DNA of 64,000 bases from Oceanispirochaeta sp. (GTDB lineage Bacteria; Spirochaetota; Spirochaetia; DSM-2461). The notes below the pieces were generated by a model. The model did no database searches and was not told the origin of the DNA. It saw only the letters and a program-made list of their open reading frames with translations. Numbering within the stretch: the first letter of the stretch is position 1; each line of letters opens with the position of its first letter. Positions 29,812 to 38,866 of this stretch are shown in pieces. The position numbers and the translations under genes were made by a program. The DNA lies in NCBI GenBank assembly GCA_963666275.2, contig CAXXOA010000001.1, forward strand, positions 1,152,001-1,216,000, written 5' to 3'.

Positions 29812-30840
29812 GTGAGCTATTGTGAAAAGTGTGAAGTTCTTCCGGAAAAATTAATTGATCAGGGTATTCTCTACCTTTCTCCTGCGATTGCTCCAACAGA
29901 ATCGACTCTGTGTCGTGGTATGGAAAAGCTGGGGTTGAATTATTCCCGTCAGAAAGGTCTCCTGTCGGTAGGGATCAGTAAAGCTGAACTGGCTCTCCTT
30001 CTCCGAGAGGGCCTCAATCATCAGGAACTGGAAGATTCCCGGGCTTTGTATGTTCCCGAAGATCATAACCCGGAATTCCGGGATCTGATTCATATGAACA
30101 GTCTCCTCTCTCTCAAAACCCGGCTGGAAGGTGACTGGCTGATCGAACTGCTTGAAAACAAACAGCTCACAAGTTATTTCCAACCTATACTGTATGCGGA
30201 CCGGCCGGAACGGATTTTTGCCAGAGAAGCCCTTTTACGGACAAAGGAAGGGGCAGGGGGCAAAACTCCTGATGTGATCTTTTCCACAGCCCGGGATGCG
30301 GGGCTCCTCTTCTATCTGGACAGAGAGGCCAGGGTCACAGCTGTAAAAACCGCTTCTTCACGGGGATTTACAGATACCCTGTTTATCAATTTCAATCCCA
30401 CTTCGATCTACAGCCCCGAGCACTGCCTTCAGACAACGAAACAGGCCGTCCAGGAAGCTGGCTTTACACCGGATCAGATTGTTTTTGAAATTGTAGAGAG
30501 TGATTATATCCGGGATATTGAAAAGATGCTCTCCATTGTCAAATACTACCGGTCCAATGGCTTCCGCGTCGCTCTGGACGATCTGGGGGCGGGATACGGC
30601 TCTCTCAATCTTCTATCAAAGCTTCAGCCTGATTTTGTCAAACTTGACATGGACCTTGTTAAAGGGGTGCATGAGGATAAATACAAAGGGATTATCACAA
30701 GAAACCTTCTGAAAATTGCCAGGGAACTGGGTGTGAAAACCATAGCTGAAGGGGTGGAAACAGAAGATGAACTGTCCTGGGTTCAGGATGCGGGAGCCGA
30801 CTTTGTTCAGGGATTTCTCTTTGGAAGGCCCCAGCCGTAA
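29812..30840 (+). CDS. EAL c-di-GMP phosphodiesterase with N-terminal CxxC region
   Basis: [48 protein letters not shown]. Confidence 0.92.
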   Translation: MSYCEKCEVLPEKLIDQGILYLSPAIAPTESTLCRGMEKLGLNYSRQKGLLSVGISKAELALLLREGLNHQELEDSRALYVPEDHNPEFRDLIHMNSLLSLKTRLEGDWLIELLENKQLTSYFQPILYADRPERIFAREALLRTKEGAGGKTPDVIFSTARDAGLLFYLDREARVTAVKTASSRGFTDTLFINFNPTSIYSPEHCLQTTKQAVQEAGFTPDQIVFEIVESDYIRDIEKMLSIVKYYRSNGFRVALDDLGAGYGSLNLLSKLQPDFVKLDMDLVKGVHEDKYKGIITRNLLKIARELGVKTIAEGVETEDELSWVQDAGADFVQGFLFGRPQP

Positions 30841-30862
30841 TCAGGGTTCCTGGGAGAATTCA

Positions 30863-31477
30863 TCAACCTTTTTTTCTGTCATCCTCCCGGATGGAAAGTT
30901 CCTCAAGGTCTTTTCGGCTGTTAATATTTGAGAATATATCATATTCGGGATCGCTGTTTTCACAGAAAAAATCGGAATATTCTATTATAGAAAGTTTCTT
31001 ACCCTTCAAAAATCTGTACGGAGTTGTCTTCCCCTCTTTAAAATAGGTTTCCATGTCCCGAATCATATGTATTCCGTAGAATCCGCTGAAAGGTTCAATC
31101 ATGCCGTTCCTCCGAACTACAAAGGCGTCGGGAGTTTCCATTTCCATCCGGCTGCGCATGAACCCTATCAGTTCAGAAGAGATATAGGGCATATCGCAGG
31201 CTGTTACAAAGGCATAATCCCCTTGCGCTTTCATCAGACCCGCGTGAATCCCGCCCAGTGGTCCCCGGTTCCTGAAGCTGTCGGTGGTAATTTCAGCATT
31301 TAATGTCCTGAAATTTTCAGGGTCTCCCGCCACGACAATTACTCTGCTGAAATTTGTGTACAGCTGGGAGATAATCCTCTCAATTAATGGTTCTCCCTGA
31401 AAGGAGGCAAAGGCTTTATCACTGCCGAATCGGGAGCTTCTTCCGCCGGCCAGTATAACTGCATTGTCAGATACCAT
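30863..31477 (-). CDS. mobA: Molybdenum cofactor guanylyltransferase
   Basis: ILAGGRSSRFGSDKA, GPLGGIH, ACDMP, FSNINS. Confidence 0.88.
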   Translation of the reverse strand: MVSDNAVILAGGRSSRFGSDKAFASFQGEPLIERIISQLYTNFSRVIVVAGDPENFRTLNAEITTDSFRNRGPLGGIHAGLMKAQGDYAFVTACDMPYISSELIGFMRSRMEMETPDAFVVRRNGMIEPFSGFYGIHMIRDMETYFKEGKTTPYRFLKGKKLSIIEYSDFFCENSDPEYDIFSNINSRKDLEELSIREDDRKKG

Positions 31478-31583
31478 TAAAAAAGTCCTCCGGGATATGC
31501 ATTTTCGCTGAGATATACTCCTTTATAGAATAGAACAGGGAGACAGAGAAATCATTCCTTTTCCGCACCTGAGGACCTTTCCC

Positions 31584-32240
31584 TTAGCCGTTACTCCCGC
31601 CCGGCCGAATATTTTTTTCCTGTATCTGCCGCTTTCCCAGATTCTCGCAGTCTGTCTGAAACTGATTCATCTTATCAAAAACATTCATCAGACCTTCGGG
31701 ATTGATACTTTTCTCACAGATTCCGGCCTGCTGAAGTTCTTTTATGAGGTAATAGGCCGATTCTATGGTGGAACGGCAGTAGGTGGCCGGCTGGGTCTTG
31801 ATGGAAAACCGGGAGAGGTAATTTCCTTTGAAGCTGATCCTCCGGAGTTTCTGAAGATTGGGGCTTCTATATACCATCTTTCTGGCCAGAACCCAGGTGG
31901 CGTCTATGATAAAAACTGCCAGCTGTTTCTGATCCCGGGGCTCAGAAAAATCCAGAGAGTCTGCGGTGACCGCTTCTTTGCCGGGATAGAGCATAAGGCA
32001 CTCAAAATCGGGGTTATCAATATAGGCATTCACTTTTATACTGGTATCAAAGGACCGGTCTATGATAATTTCCGATCCTTTCAGTGAAAGGCTTGCCAGG
32101 CGGCCGGTTCCCGTCTTCTGCTTATAGGCTTCCCAGGGATGCATCAGAAAAACAAAGGTGATTCCCGGATCAAAGGTTTCAATATCACCGCAATAGCAGG
32201 TTTGGAGGGGACGGAAGCACTTCAGGCATTTTTCAGACAT
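31584..32240 (-). CDS. DTW-domain tRNA-uridine aminocarboxypropyltransferase (TapT-like)
   Basis: C..C.RP...C.C, HP.E, TGRL, LYP, IDATW, STIES. Confidence 0.88.
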   Translation of the reverse strand: MSEKCLKCFRPLQTCYCGDIETFDPGITFVFLMHPWEAYKQKTGTGRLASLSLKGSEIIIDRSFDTSIKVNAYIDNPDFECLMLYPGKEAVTADSLDFSEPRDQKQLAVFIIDATWVLARKMVYRSPNLQKLRRISFKGNYLSRFSIKTQPATYCRSTIESAYYLIKELQQAGICEKSINPEGLMNVFDKMNQFQTDCENLGKRQIQEKNIRPGGSNG

Positions 32241-32327
32241 GAAGCTAGGGTATTGAAACCGCCGGGAATTGGCAAGGCTTCTGAAGGCTTTCTCCGGCAG
32301 AAGTCTACTTATGCGGGATATGAAAAA

Positions 32328-32690
32328 TCAGATAAGCCTCATCATTGTGGAGAGAATGGATTTCCAGAACCCCCCTGGGGGATTGTCTCTGATTGAATCA
32401 AACTCTTTTTCGGTATACACCAGAATATCCATTTCAGGGCCAAGATCGTAGAGATCATCGTACAGTCTGTTTCTGAGGGGAAAGGGCTTATCGGTATCAC
32501 AGACAAGAATAAGGTCTATATCGCTGAATTTTCCAAAGGAACCTCCTGCAAAACTGCCGAAAAGCCATGCTTCTTTCACTCTGCCCGAGAGTTTCTTCCT
32601 GAGTTCTTCCATAAAAGATTCTCTGGTATAACCACAAAGGGGATCATTCTCGAATTTGACAAGAATGCTGTCATCAGCCCTGTAAAGCAT
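32328..32690 (-). CDS. Minimal nucleotidyltransferase (MNT antitoxin-like)
   Basis: LFGSFA.G.....SDIDL motif and DILVYT..E; start at ATG 32690 overlaps the HEPN remnant. Confidence 0.85.
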   Translation of the reverse strand: MLYRADDSILVKFENDPLCGYTRESFMEELRKKLSGRVKEAWLFGSFAGGSFGKFSDIDLILVCDTDKPFPLRNRLYDDLYDLGPEMDILVYTEKEFDSIRDNPPGGFWKSILSTMMRLI

Positions 32691-32889
32691 TGATCTTAGT
32701 TCCCACGAGATGAATAAATCTTTCGGCAAATCCCAGGGCTTCTTCCGCCTGATCCTGGGCAAACCGGCCGGCCTTCAATGTATCCTGAGCCCATAAAAGA
32801 TCATTTTCCGCCTGGCTGAACCAGTCTTTTGCTCTGTGCATATTTTCATGGTACTTCTTTTTATTTTCCTTTTCAATCTTTTGATCCAT
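32674..32889 (-). pseudogene. HEPN-domain gene with large in-frame internal deletion
   Basis: HEPN N-helix (RAKDWFSQAENDL..A...L.AG.F) joined directly to the C-helix (DQAEEALGFAE); central QQ..EK and RY segments absent. Confidence 0.7.
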
Positions 32890-32890
32890 A

Positions 32891-33565
32891 TTACAGCAGC
32901 CCTTCTTCCAGAAAGCTGAAATACCCGCAATAGGAGAAGACAATGTGATCCAGAAGGCCTATGCCCAGGATTTCTCCGGCTTCCTGCAGGCGGATTGTTA
33001 TTTCCCTGTCTTCCCGGCTGGGTTCAAGGTTGCCCGAGGGATGGTTGTGAGCCACCACCAGAGAGGCGCATCTGAGCTGAATCGCATCGGCAAAAATCTC
33101 TCTGGGATGAATTATGGTTCTGTTTACAAGCCCCATGGAAACAGTCTTCACATCCAGAACCTCATGGGCTCCGTTCAGGGGGATACTGAAAAAGAACTCC
33201 TGCTGTCTGTCCGCATAGTGGGAGAGAAGGGGATAGATATCAAAGGGAGAGGATATTTTCTTGTTCCGGGGGCTGTAGCGCCTCCGGGATATCTCCATGG
33301 CTGCAGTAAGAAGAGTGGCTTTTGCCGGACCGATCCCGTCAATTGAGAGAAAATCGGAGGCTTCCAGGATATTCGGAGATTTATCGATCATTTTCAATGT
33401 TCTGGAGGCAATTTTTTCCACAGGATGACTTTTGGATCCGCTTCCGATCAGAATAGCCATCAGCTCAATATCCGTCAGGTTTTCGGCTCCTCTGGTCAGT
33501 ATCTTCTCACGGGGACGTTCTGTCACAGCCATGTCGGCTATTTTTTTTATCTGGTATGTTTTCAT
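32891..33565 (-). CDS. radC: RadC/UPF0758 JAB-domain protein
   Basis: ERPREK, GIGPAKA HhH, HPREIF, HNHPSG...PS.ED, LLDHIV. Confidence 0.93.
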   Translation of the reverse strand: MKTYQIKKIADMAVTERPREKILTRGAENLTDIELMAILIGSGSKSHPVEKIASRTLKMIDKSPNILEASDFLSIDGIGPAKATLLTAAMEISRRRYSPRNKKISSPFDIYPLLSHYADRQQEFFFSIPLNGAHEVLDVKTVSMGLVNRTIIHPREIFADAIQLRCASLVVAHNHPSGNLEPSREDREITIRLQEAGEILGIGLLDHIVFSYCGYFSFLEEGLL

Positions 33566-33824
33566 ATCTCACATAACAGAAAAAGGGACAGTATAAATTC
33601 AATTTTGCTCCTGTTTTTTCACAAAAGAATCTACCGTAGTGTTGAGCCTCCCTTTCAAATTTAAATCAAGGAATATTGTTTTTATTTTGTAATAGTATGG
33701 AAAGGTCTATTTCTCTTCCATTTAATATGAACCCAAAAAACATCACTTGAATAATCCTCCGGGAGTCGCTGTCGTATAGTCTTTCCCGGAAAATTATTAC
33801 GAATGTGCTTTTAAACTGTTTAAA

Positions 33825-34214
33825 CTACTCCGCCATATGAAGATGAACCGAAGCACATTTAAAAGCCCTGGGTAAGGCAAGAAATTTCGGGTTCTTTCCA
33901 ACATATTTTTCCGCATCTTTCAGAGCTTCTTCAAAAGTCGCCCGGGTTTTCAGTCCCATAGATCGGCCGAAAACTGGTTCATAGGCTCCGACGCAGTAGG
34001 CGGCAGCCGAGTGTTTTAAAGCCAGATGACCGCAGCTTATCATGGAAAAAGCATGATAAGGATGGTAAGCATAATTGAAACGATAAAGATCGGTGTATTC
34101 TTTCTTCATGGCAAAGCATTCACCGTGTTCTGCCATATCAGGAAGATCGTTGTGATAATCTTTCTGATACAGCTCCCAGGTTTCCCGGTAAATAGTACGA
34201 ATCTGATTTTTCAA
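33825..34214 (-). pseudogene. C-terminal remnant of a LarA/lactate-racemase-domain (DUF2088) protein
   Basis: YRFNYAYHPYHAFSMISCGH...GLKTRATFEEAL.DA.KYVG.NP..LALP resembles the C-terminus of ~500-aa LarA-like proteins; no N-terminal domain, no clear SD. Confidence 0.6.
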
Positions 34215-34492
34215 GAAATTTATTCATATAAGATAGAACTAAGAGTTTTACAACACTGATTCAAAAGTGAATAAAGTTGGGAGTATTTAGAAATATATAA
34301 ACAGAAAACCACTTCACAAGAAAATGGACTTTTCTCTTTTTTATTTCTTGATAGAAAAGTTTATTATCTATTCAGTTATGTTGGAGATTTTAAATTGATC
34401 AGAGGTATTTATTTCTAGCTTGTAATAATCCGCCCAATTTAACTCCTATAAGCATAAGGAAGCTGTCGGGGAGATCTTTTATGAATTTAATA

Positions 34493-35128
34493 TCAAACCA
34501 GGCTGCGGGCTTTTTCCAAATTAGCCTTATGCACGGGAATGGGCATCAGTTCATTGGCCCGCTCGAAGTAGGTCACCGCCTTCTCAGGATCATTTCTTTC
34601 TTTTAGAGCGATTACACCGAGATTGTTGAGGATCTGGAAGCTGCTGGGGTCTTCTTTCATCCCCAGTTCCAGTAGCTCCTGCGCTTTATTCGTAGAACCC
34701 TCTTTCAATATAACTAGAGCTTCATCCAGCCGGTCGGCGGCATTGAAGGCGGTTTCCGCATCTATATCATTTTCCAGTATGCCGATTCGAGTTCTGAGCC
34801 ATTCTTCTTCATGGTTCAGATACTCTTCCAGCTGTTTGTAGTAAAACAGGGCCTTCTCCCGCTTTTTCCAGCGATAGTAGAGGTCTCCCATAGTTCGTAG
34901 GCGGTCTCCTGTCTTTCCGTTGCGGTCTAACTCATCCATAAGAAAGGATTCCGCCAGGGCATAGTCTTTCTTGGCGAAATAGCACAGGCTAATATTGTAC
35001 ATCAGTCCAGGGTAACAGGGATTGTTCCGAAGGATCTTTTCATAATGCTTCAATGCTTTTGTGTAATCCGTACTGATATAAGCATTAAGAGCGAATCGGT
35101 TTAGAAAGAAAAGTCGGATTTTGTTCAT
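34493..35128 (-). CDS. Tetratricopeptide repeat protein
   Basis: Repeated TPR consensus (YNISLCYF, ILNNLGVIAL, KANLEKA); GGAG SD. Confidence 0.82.
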   Translation of the reverse strand: MNKIRLFFLNRFALNAYISTDYTKALKHYEKILRNNPCYPGLMYNISLCYFAKKDYALAESFLMDELDRNGKTGDRLRTMGDLYYRWKKREKALFYYKQLEEYLNHEEEWLRTRIGILENDIDAETAFNAADRLDEALVILKEGSTNKAQELLELGMKEDPSSFQILNNLGVIALKERNDPEKAVTYFERANELMPIPVHKANLEKARSLV

Positions 35129-35162
35129 TGATCTTCTCCGTTAATTTTTTGCAGGGTAATCA

Positions 35163-35212
35163 GCCGCAGAAGCGGGCTTTCGGCATGATGCCGGCAAGTC
35201 TGTTTCTGCAGC
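35163..35212. other. Long imperfect intergenic inverted repeat
   Basis: GCAGAAGCGGGCTT-T-CGGCA/TGA/TGCCG-GC-AAGTCTGTTTCTGC. Confidence 0.6.
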
Positions 35213-35237
35213 AGTAAAAAATCCTGTCAGCCTGGGC

Positions 35238-36581
35238 CTAGATGGCAAACAGAGCGATGATCTGTATGATGATTATCGATACGATACCCTGTACCAGAGT
35301 CACACCGGTCTGGCACTTGTAGGCGGTCTTCGTATCCATGTCGGAAAACTGGGAGACCACCCAGAAGTAACTGTCGTTAGCATGGGAAACAGTCATGGAA
35401 CCGGCTCCGATGGCTAGAACGGTCAGAACCTTTGCCATTTCGGAGGTCATTCCCATCTGTGCCATCAGGGGGGCAACCATGGCGGAAGTGATGATCATGG
35501 CAACGGTAGAGGCTCCCATAGCTGTCTTCAGCAGCATGGCTATGATAAAAGGAATCAGAAGTCCCAGGTTAAACTGAAGCAGTGAGCTGCTCAGAGCATC
35601 CGCCAGGGGGAGTTCTCTCAGCATCTGTCCCAGTGCTCCGCCGGCACCTGTAATCGCCAGAATGGAGGCGGAATGTTTGATTCCTTCGGATATCCAGTTG
35701 AAGGTCTCTTCTTTTTCAGTCTTAGGGATCAGGGTGGTCGCCAGTCCGATACCCATGATCAAGGCTGTAACGGGATTTCCTATAAAGTCGAAGAAGTTTT
35801 TGAAGAATCCGCCGCCGAAGGGAGCGGAGGGGAAGTCTGCAATTGACTTGAAGGCGATTAGGATAATGGGCAGAACGATGGGCGCGAAACTCTGTACTAC
35901 ACCTGGTAGCTTCCCATACTTGGACAGCAGATCTTCCAGGCTTGCCTCGGGATTCGCATCGATCTGATAGCGGGCGGCTACTTTGACGGCATAAAACCAG
36001 CCGGCCAGCATAACTGGGATCGAGACAATCAGTCCGGTAATAATGACGAGTCCCAGATCAGCGTTCAGGGTCCCTGCCATGATAATAGGGCCGGGAGTAG
36101 GGGGGACAAGACAGTGGGTTGCATAGAGACCGGAACTCAGAGCGGTTGCCATAACAGCCAGTGAAAGTCCGGACTTTTCTGCAAGAGCTCTATTGATGGG
36201 CGATAGGATCACGAAACCGGAGTCACAGAATACGGGTATACTGGCCACATAACCTGTCAGACTCATGGTCAGAGGTGCCCTTTTCTTACCTACCAGATTC
36301 AAAATGGAGTTAGCCATAGTCAGAGCCGCTCCTGTTTTTTCCAGTATGGTTCCGATAATGGTACCAGCAATGATAACGATACCGATATTCCCCAGGATTC
36401 CTCCAAATCCATTTTTGATCACATCAATGATCTTATCTACGGGCAGTCCCGTTGCCAGTCCCACGAAATAGGTTGCCAGCAGCAGAACGATAAAGGGGTG
36501 CCACTTCAGCCTTGAGATGAGCAGAATCATCCCGATAATGGCGATAAGAATTATTCCGAATAGAAACAATCCGCTTGTCAT
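35238..36581 (-). CDS. GntP family permease (gluconate/sugar-acid type)
   Basis: HPFIVLL, SIPVFCDSGFV, HCLVPPTPGP, ITGAGGA, SHANDSYFW. Confidence 0.93.
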   Translation of the reverse strand: MTSGLFLFGIILIAIIGMILLISRLKWHPFIVLLLATYFVGLATGLPVDKIIDVIKNGFGGILGNIGIVIIAGTIIGTILEKTGAALTMANSILNLVGKKRAPLTMSLTGYVASIPVFCDSGFVILSPINRALAEKSGLSLAVMATALSSGLYATHCLVPPTPGPIIMAGTLNADLGLVIITGLIVSIPVMLAGWFYAVKVAARYQIDANPEASLEDLLSKYGKLPGVVQSFAPIVLPIILIAFKSIADFPSAPFGGGFFKNFFDFIGNPVTALIMGIGLATTLIPKTEKEETFNWISEGIKHSASILAITGAGGALGQMLRELPLADALSSSLLQFNLGLLIPFIIAMLLKTAMGASTVAMIITSAMVAPLMAQMGMTSEMAKVLTVLAIGAGSMTVSHANDSYFWVVSQFSDMDTKTAYKCQTGVTLVQGIVSIIIIQIIALFAI

Positions 36582-36618
36582 ATATTCCTCCTTGAGAGAA
36601 TCTTAAATATTCAAAAAG

Positions 36619-37458
36619 TCAGCTGAGGATCAGCGAACTTCCTGTTCTGTTGTGAAAGAACCTGGAATTGGTTTTATTCAAGGTTTCCATGACCTCCATA
36701 CCTGTACAGTGGGAGACGCCGATAATTTCGCATTTGAGGTCGAAGAGATATTTTGTAGCGGATTCAAGCTGTTTTTCTCCTGCTTCAACAAGATGGGTGC
36801 CTCCCAGAACGGCATAGATCTCTTGCGAGAAATGACTGCGGACCGTGTCGATCATATTCATGATACCCGGATGGGAACAGCCTGCTAAAAGGATTAGTCC
36901 CTTGGGGCTTTTCACGATTACCATAATCTCGTCAGTGAACAGATCGGGTTCAAAACCCTTGTCTGTCATAACTTTAAAACGTTCATTTATTATTTCTTCA
37001 CTGTGGGATTTTTCAAAATTGCCTAAAATCCAGACTCCCTCTCCGATGGAGATGAGGCCTTTTTCATGTTCATGTACATTGCAGCCGTGGTCTTCAAGAT
37101 CCTTCCGGGTGAAATCGTTCCCCAGGAACTCGGATCTGTTGTTGACAAGGCCGTATTTGGGCAGGAAAAAGTCTTTATGAATATGGATATCAGGATGGAA
37201 ATCCTTTCCCCCTTCAGCAAGCAGAGATTGTATTCCGCCGCTGTGATCATAGTGACCATGGCTGATGATAATGTTTTTTACTTTAAAGAGATCCAGCGAC
37301 AGTTTCCGGGCGTTCCGGATAATTGCATCTCCCTGTCCTGTGTCGAAGAGATAGGATTCTTCCCCTTTCTCAATAAGGAAAGAGAGGCCGTGCTCATGGA
37401 TCAGGCCCAGATGTTCCCCGATGCTGTTTTCCACGAGGGTAGTGATTCTGATAAACAA
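36619..37458 (-). CDS. MBL-fold metallo-hydrolase
   Basis: EHGLSF, FDTG, SHGHYDHSGG, GCSHPG, GGTHL, HCTG. Confidence 0.88.
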   Translation of the reverse strand: MFIRITTLVENSIGEHLGLIHEHGLSFLIEKGEESYLFDTGQGDAIIRNARKLSLDLFKVKNIIISHGHYDHSGGIQSLLAEGGKDFHPDIHIHKDFFLPKYGLVNNRSEFLGNDFTRKDLEDHGCNVHEHEKGLISIGEGVWILGNFEKSHSEEIINERFKVMTDKGFEPDLFTDEIMVIVKSPKGLILLAGCSHPGIMNMIDTVRSHFSQEIYAVLGGTHLVEAGEKQLESATKYLFDLKCEIIGVSHCTGMEVMETLNKTNSRFFHNRTGSSLILS

Positions 37459-37488
37459 AATTTACTCCTATAAGATCTTTTTTATTTT

Positions 37489-38181
37489 TCAAGCTTTGCT
37501 TCGCATATATTCCTTAATCTCTTTCAGTGCGTTCTCCAGATGGATGAGCATAGCTTTTTCTGCTCCTGCGGGATCCCGTTCTTTAATGGCTTGATACACA
37601 TCTCTATGTTCATTAACGGTCTTTTCCGCCCTCTCGGGAATGCTAAGACTGGAAATCCAGCCTTCATTCAGGTTTTCAGACATGGTCTTCATAAGAGCAT
37701 AAAGACTTCGGTTGTTGGTGGATTTGGCCATAAGAAGGTGGAACTTCCTATCCGCCTTTATCTCACCTTCCAGATTTTTTGCCTGAACCTGTTCATCGAA
37801 CAGGTTCAGTTGCTCTTCCATATCCCGGATGTCTTTTTCCACCGCATTCCGTGCGGCAGAGGCCGCTGCCTTAGGGTCCAGGATCATCCTCAGTTCAAAA
37901 TGTTCATCCAGTTGGGAACTATTGCTCCTCAACCAAGAGGCGAAGTTGTCCATTCCTTGTTCCAGCTTGTTCTGTATAAAAATCCCTTTGCCCTGACGGA
38001 CGCTGACCCGTCCGGAAATCTCCAGGATACGAACCGCTTCACGGATTGACGCCCTGCTTACATCTAGTTTCTTTGAGAGTTCGTTTTCCGAATAGAATTT
38101 GTCTCCGTTGCCAAATCCCTCCTCTCTGATCATCCGGTCTAGCTCTTCGACCACCTGTTCCGAAAGTCTTGATCTTCTCAT
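37489..38181 (-). CDS. FadR/GntR family transcriptional regulator
   Basis: SENEL...VSRASIREA...G.V..RQGKG wHTH; FCD domain (D..FH, EH). Confidence 0.92.
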   Translation of the reverse strand: MRRSRLSEQVVEELDRMIREEGFGNGDKFYSENELSKKLDVSRASIREAVRILEISGRVSVRQGKGIFIQNKLEQGMDNFASWLRSNSSQLDEHFELRMILDPKAAASAARNAVEKDIRDMEEQLNLFDEQVQAKNLEGEIKADRKFHLLMAKSTNNRSLYALMKTMSENLNEGWISSLSIPERAEKTVNEHRDVYQAIKERDPAGAEKAMLIHLENALKEIKEYMRSKA

Positions 38182-38209
38182 AAATTACTCCAGCATTCTT
38201 ATAGGATGT

Positions 38210-38257
38210 CTACTTATCAGACAAGTGATTGTAGCAGTTATCCTAAAGAGCTGTCAA
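38210..38257 (-). promoter_or_regulatory. Sigma70 promoter + FadR-type operator (copy 1)
   Basis: Minus strand TTGACA-N18-TACAAT followed by the quasi-palindrome ACTTGTCTGATAAGT. Confidence 0.7.
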
Positions 38258-38392
38258 ACTCAGTCCACCTTGAAAAAACTACCGCTTCATTGATGGATTC
38301 CGCCAAGTTTCTCATTCTCTATGACTAAGACCTTGATGTAGTTTTCGTTTTAGCCTTCCTTGAATTAAATTGCAGATATACATAGTAGATGA

Positions 38393-38440
38393 CTACTTAT
38401 CAGACAAGTTGAGGTTAACATGGCTTATAGGGGTTGTCAA
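38393..38440 (-). promoter_or_regulatory. Sigma70 promoter + FadR-type operator (copy 2)
   Basis: Minus strand TTGACA-N17-TAACCT followed by an identical 17-bp ACTTGTCTGATAAGTAG. Confidence 0.65.
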
Positions 38441-38454
38441 TAAAAAAATAATGA

Positions 38455-38637
38455 ATGAATTGCAGAGATCCGCCTTTCGGACTGAATGTATTCATCATGC
38501 AGAAAATCTCGGGAGTTCCTTTCTATGAAATTATTAGGGAGCTGGTACCTTTTATGATTGTACTACTCATAACGCTGCTGCTGATGGTATTCTTTCCCAA
38601 TCTGATTATGGCCATTTCCAATGCTGTTTATGGATGA
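38455..38637 (+). pseudogene. C-terminal remnant of TRAP large permease DctM
   Basis: PPFGLNVFI...PF......L...P is the last ~55 aa of DctM; the rest is absent. Confidence 0.75.
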
Positions 38638-38866
38638 CAAGAAGAAATAAGCACATCTCATTGTATTTGAAAAGTAAAGCCAGGAAACCTATAAAGTTAT
38701 CCGGGATTTAATTTTATTTCCTCATTACATCCGTTCTATAAGTTCTGAAGTAATTTTTCTAACAAACGTCCTTCCTGTTAACAGCTCATAATAAAAAGCA
38801 AAAATAAAACCTTAATTTGAAACCCGATTCTTCTCTAACCTATAATAAAGGCAAATAAGGTGACCA

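Noticed and set aside
32891..33565. radC as evidence of a prophage or ICE
   Set aside because: Full-length housekeeping-type RadC; no integrase, att sites or phage genes
34350..34368. Fur-box-like sequence
   Set aside because: Only about 12/19 match in AT-rich DNA and no iron-related gene adjacent
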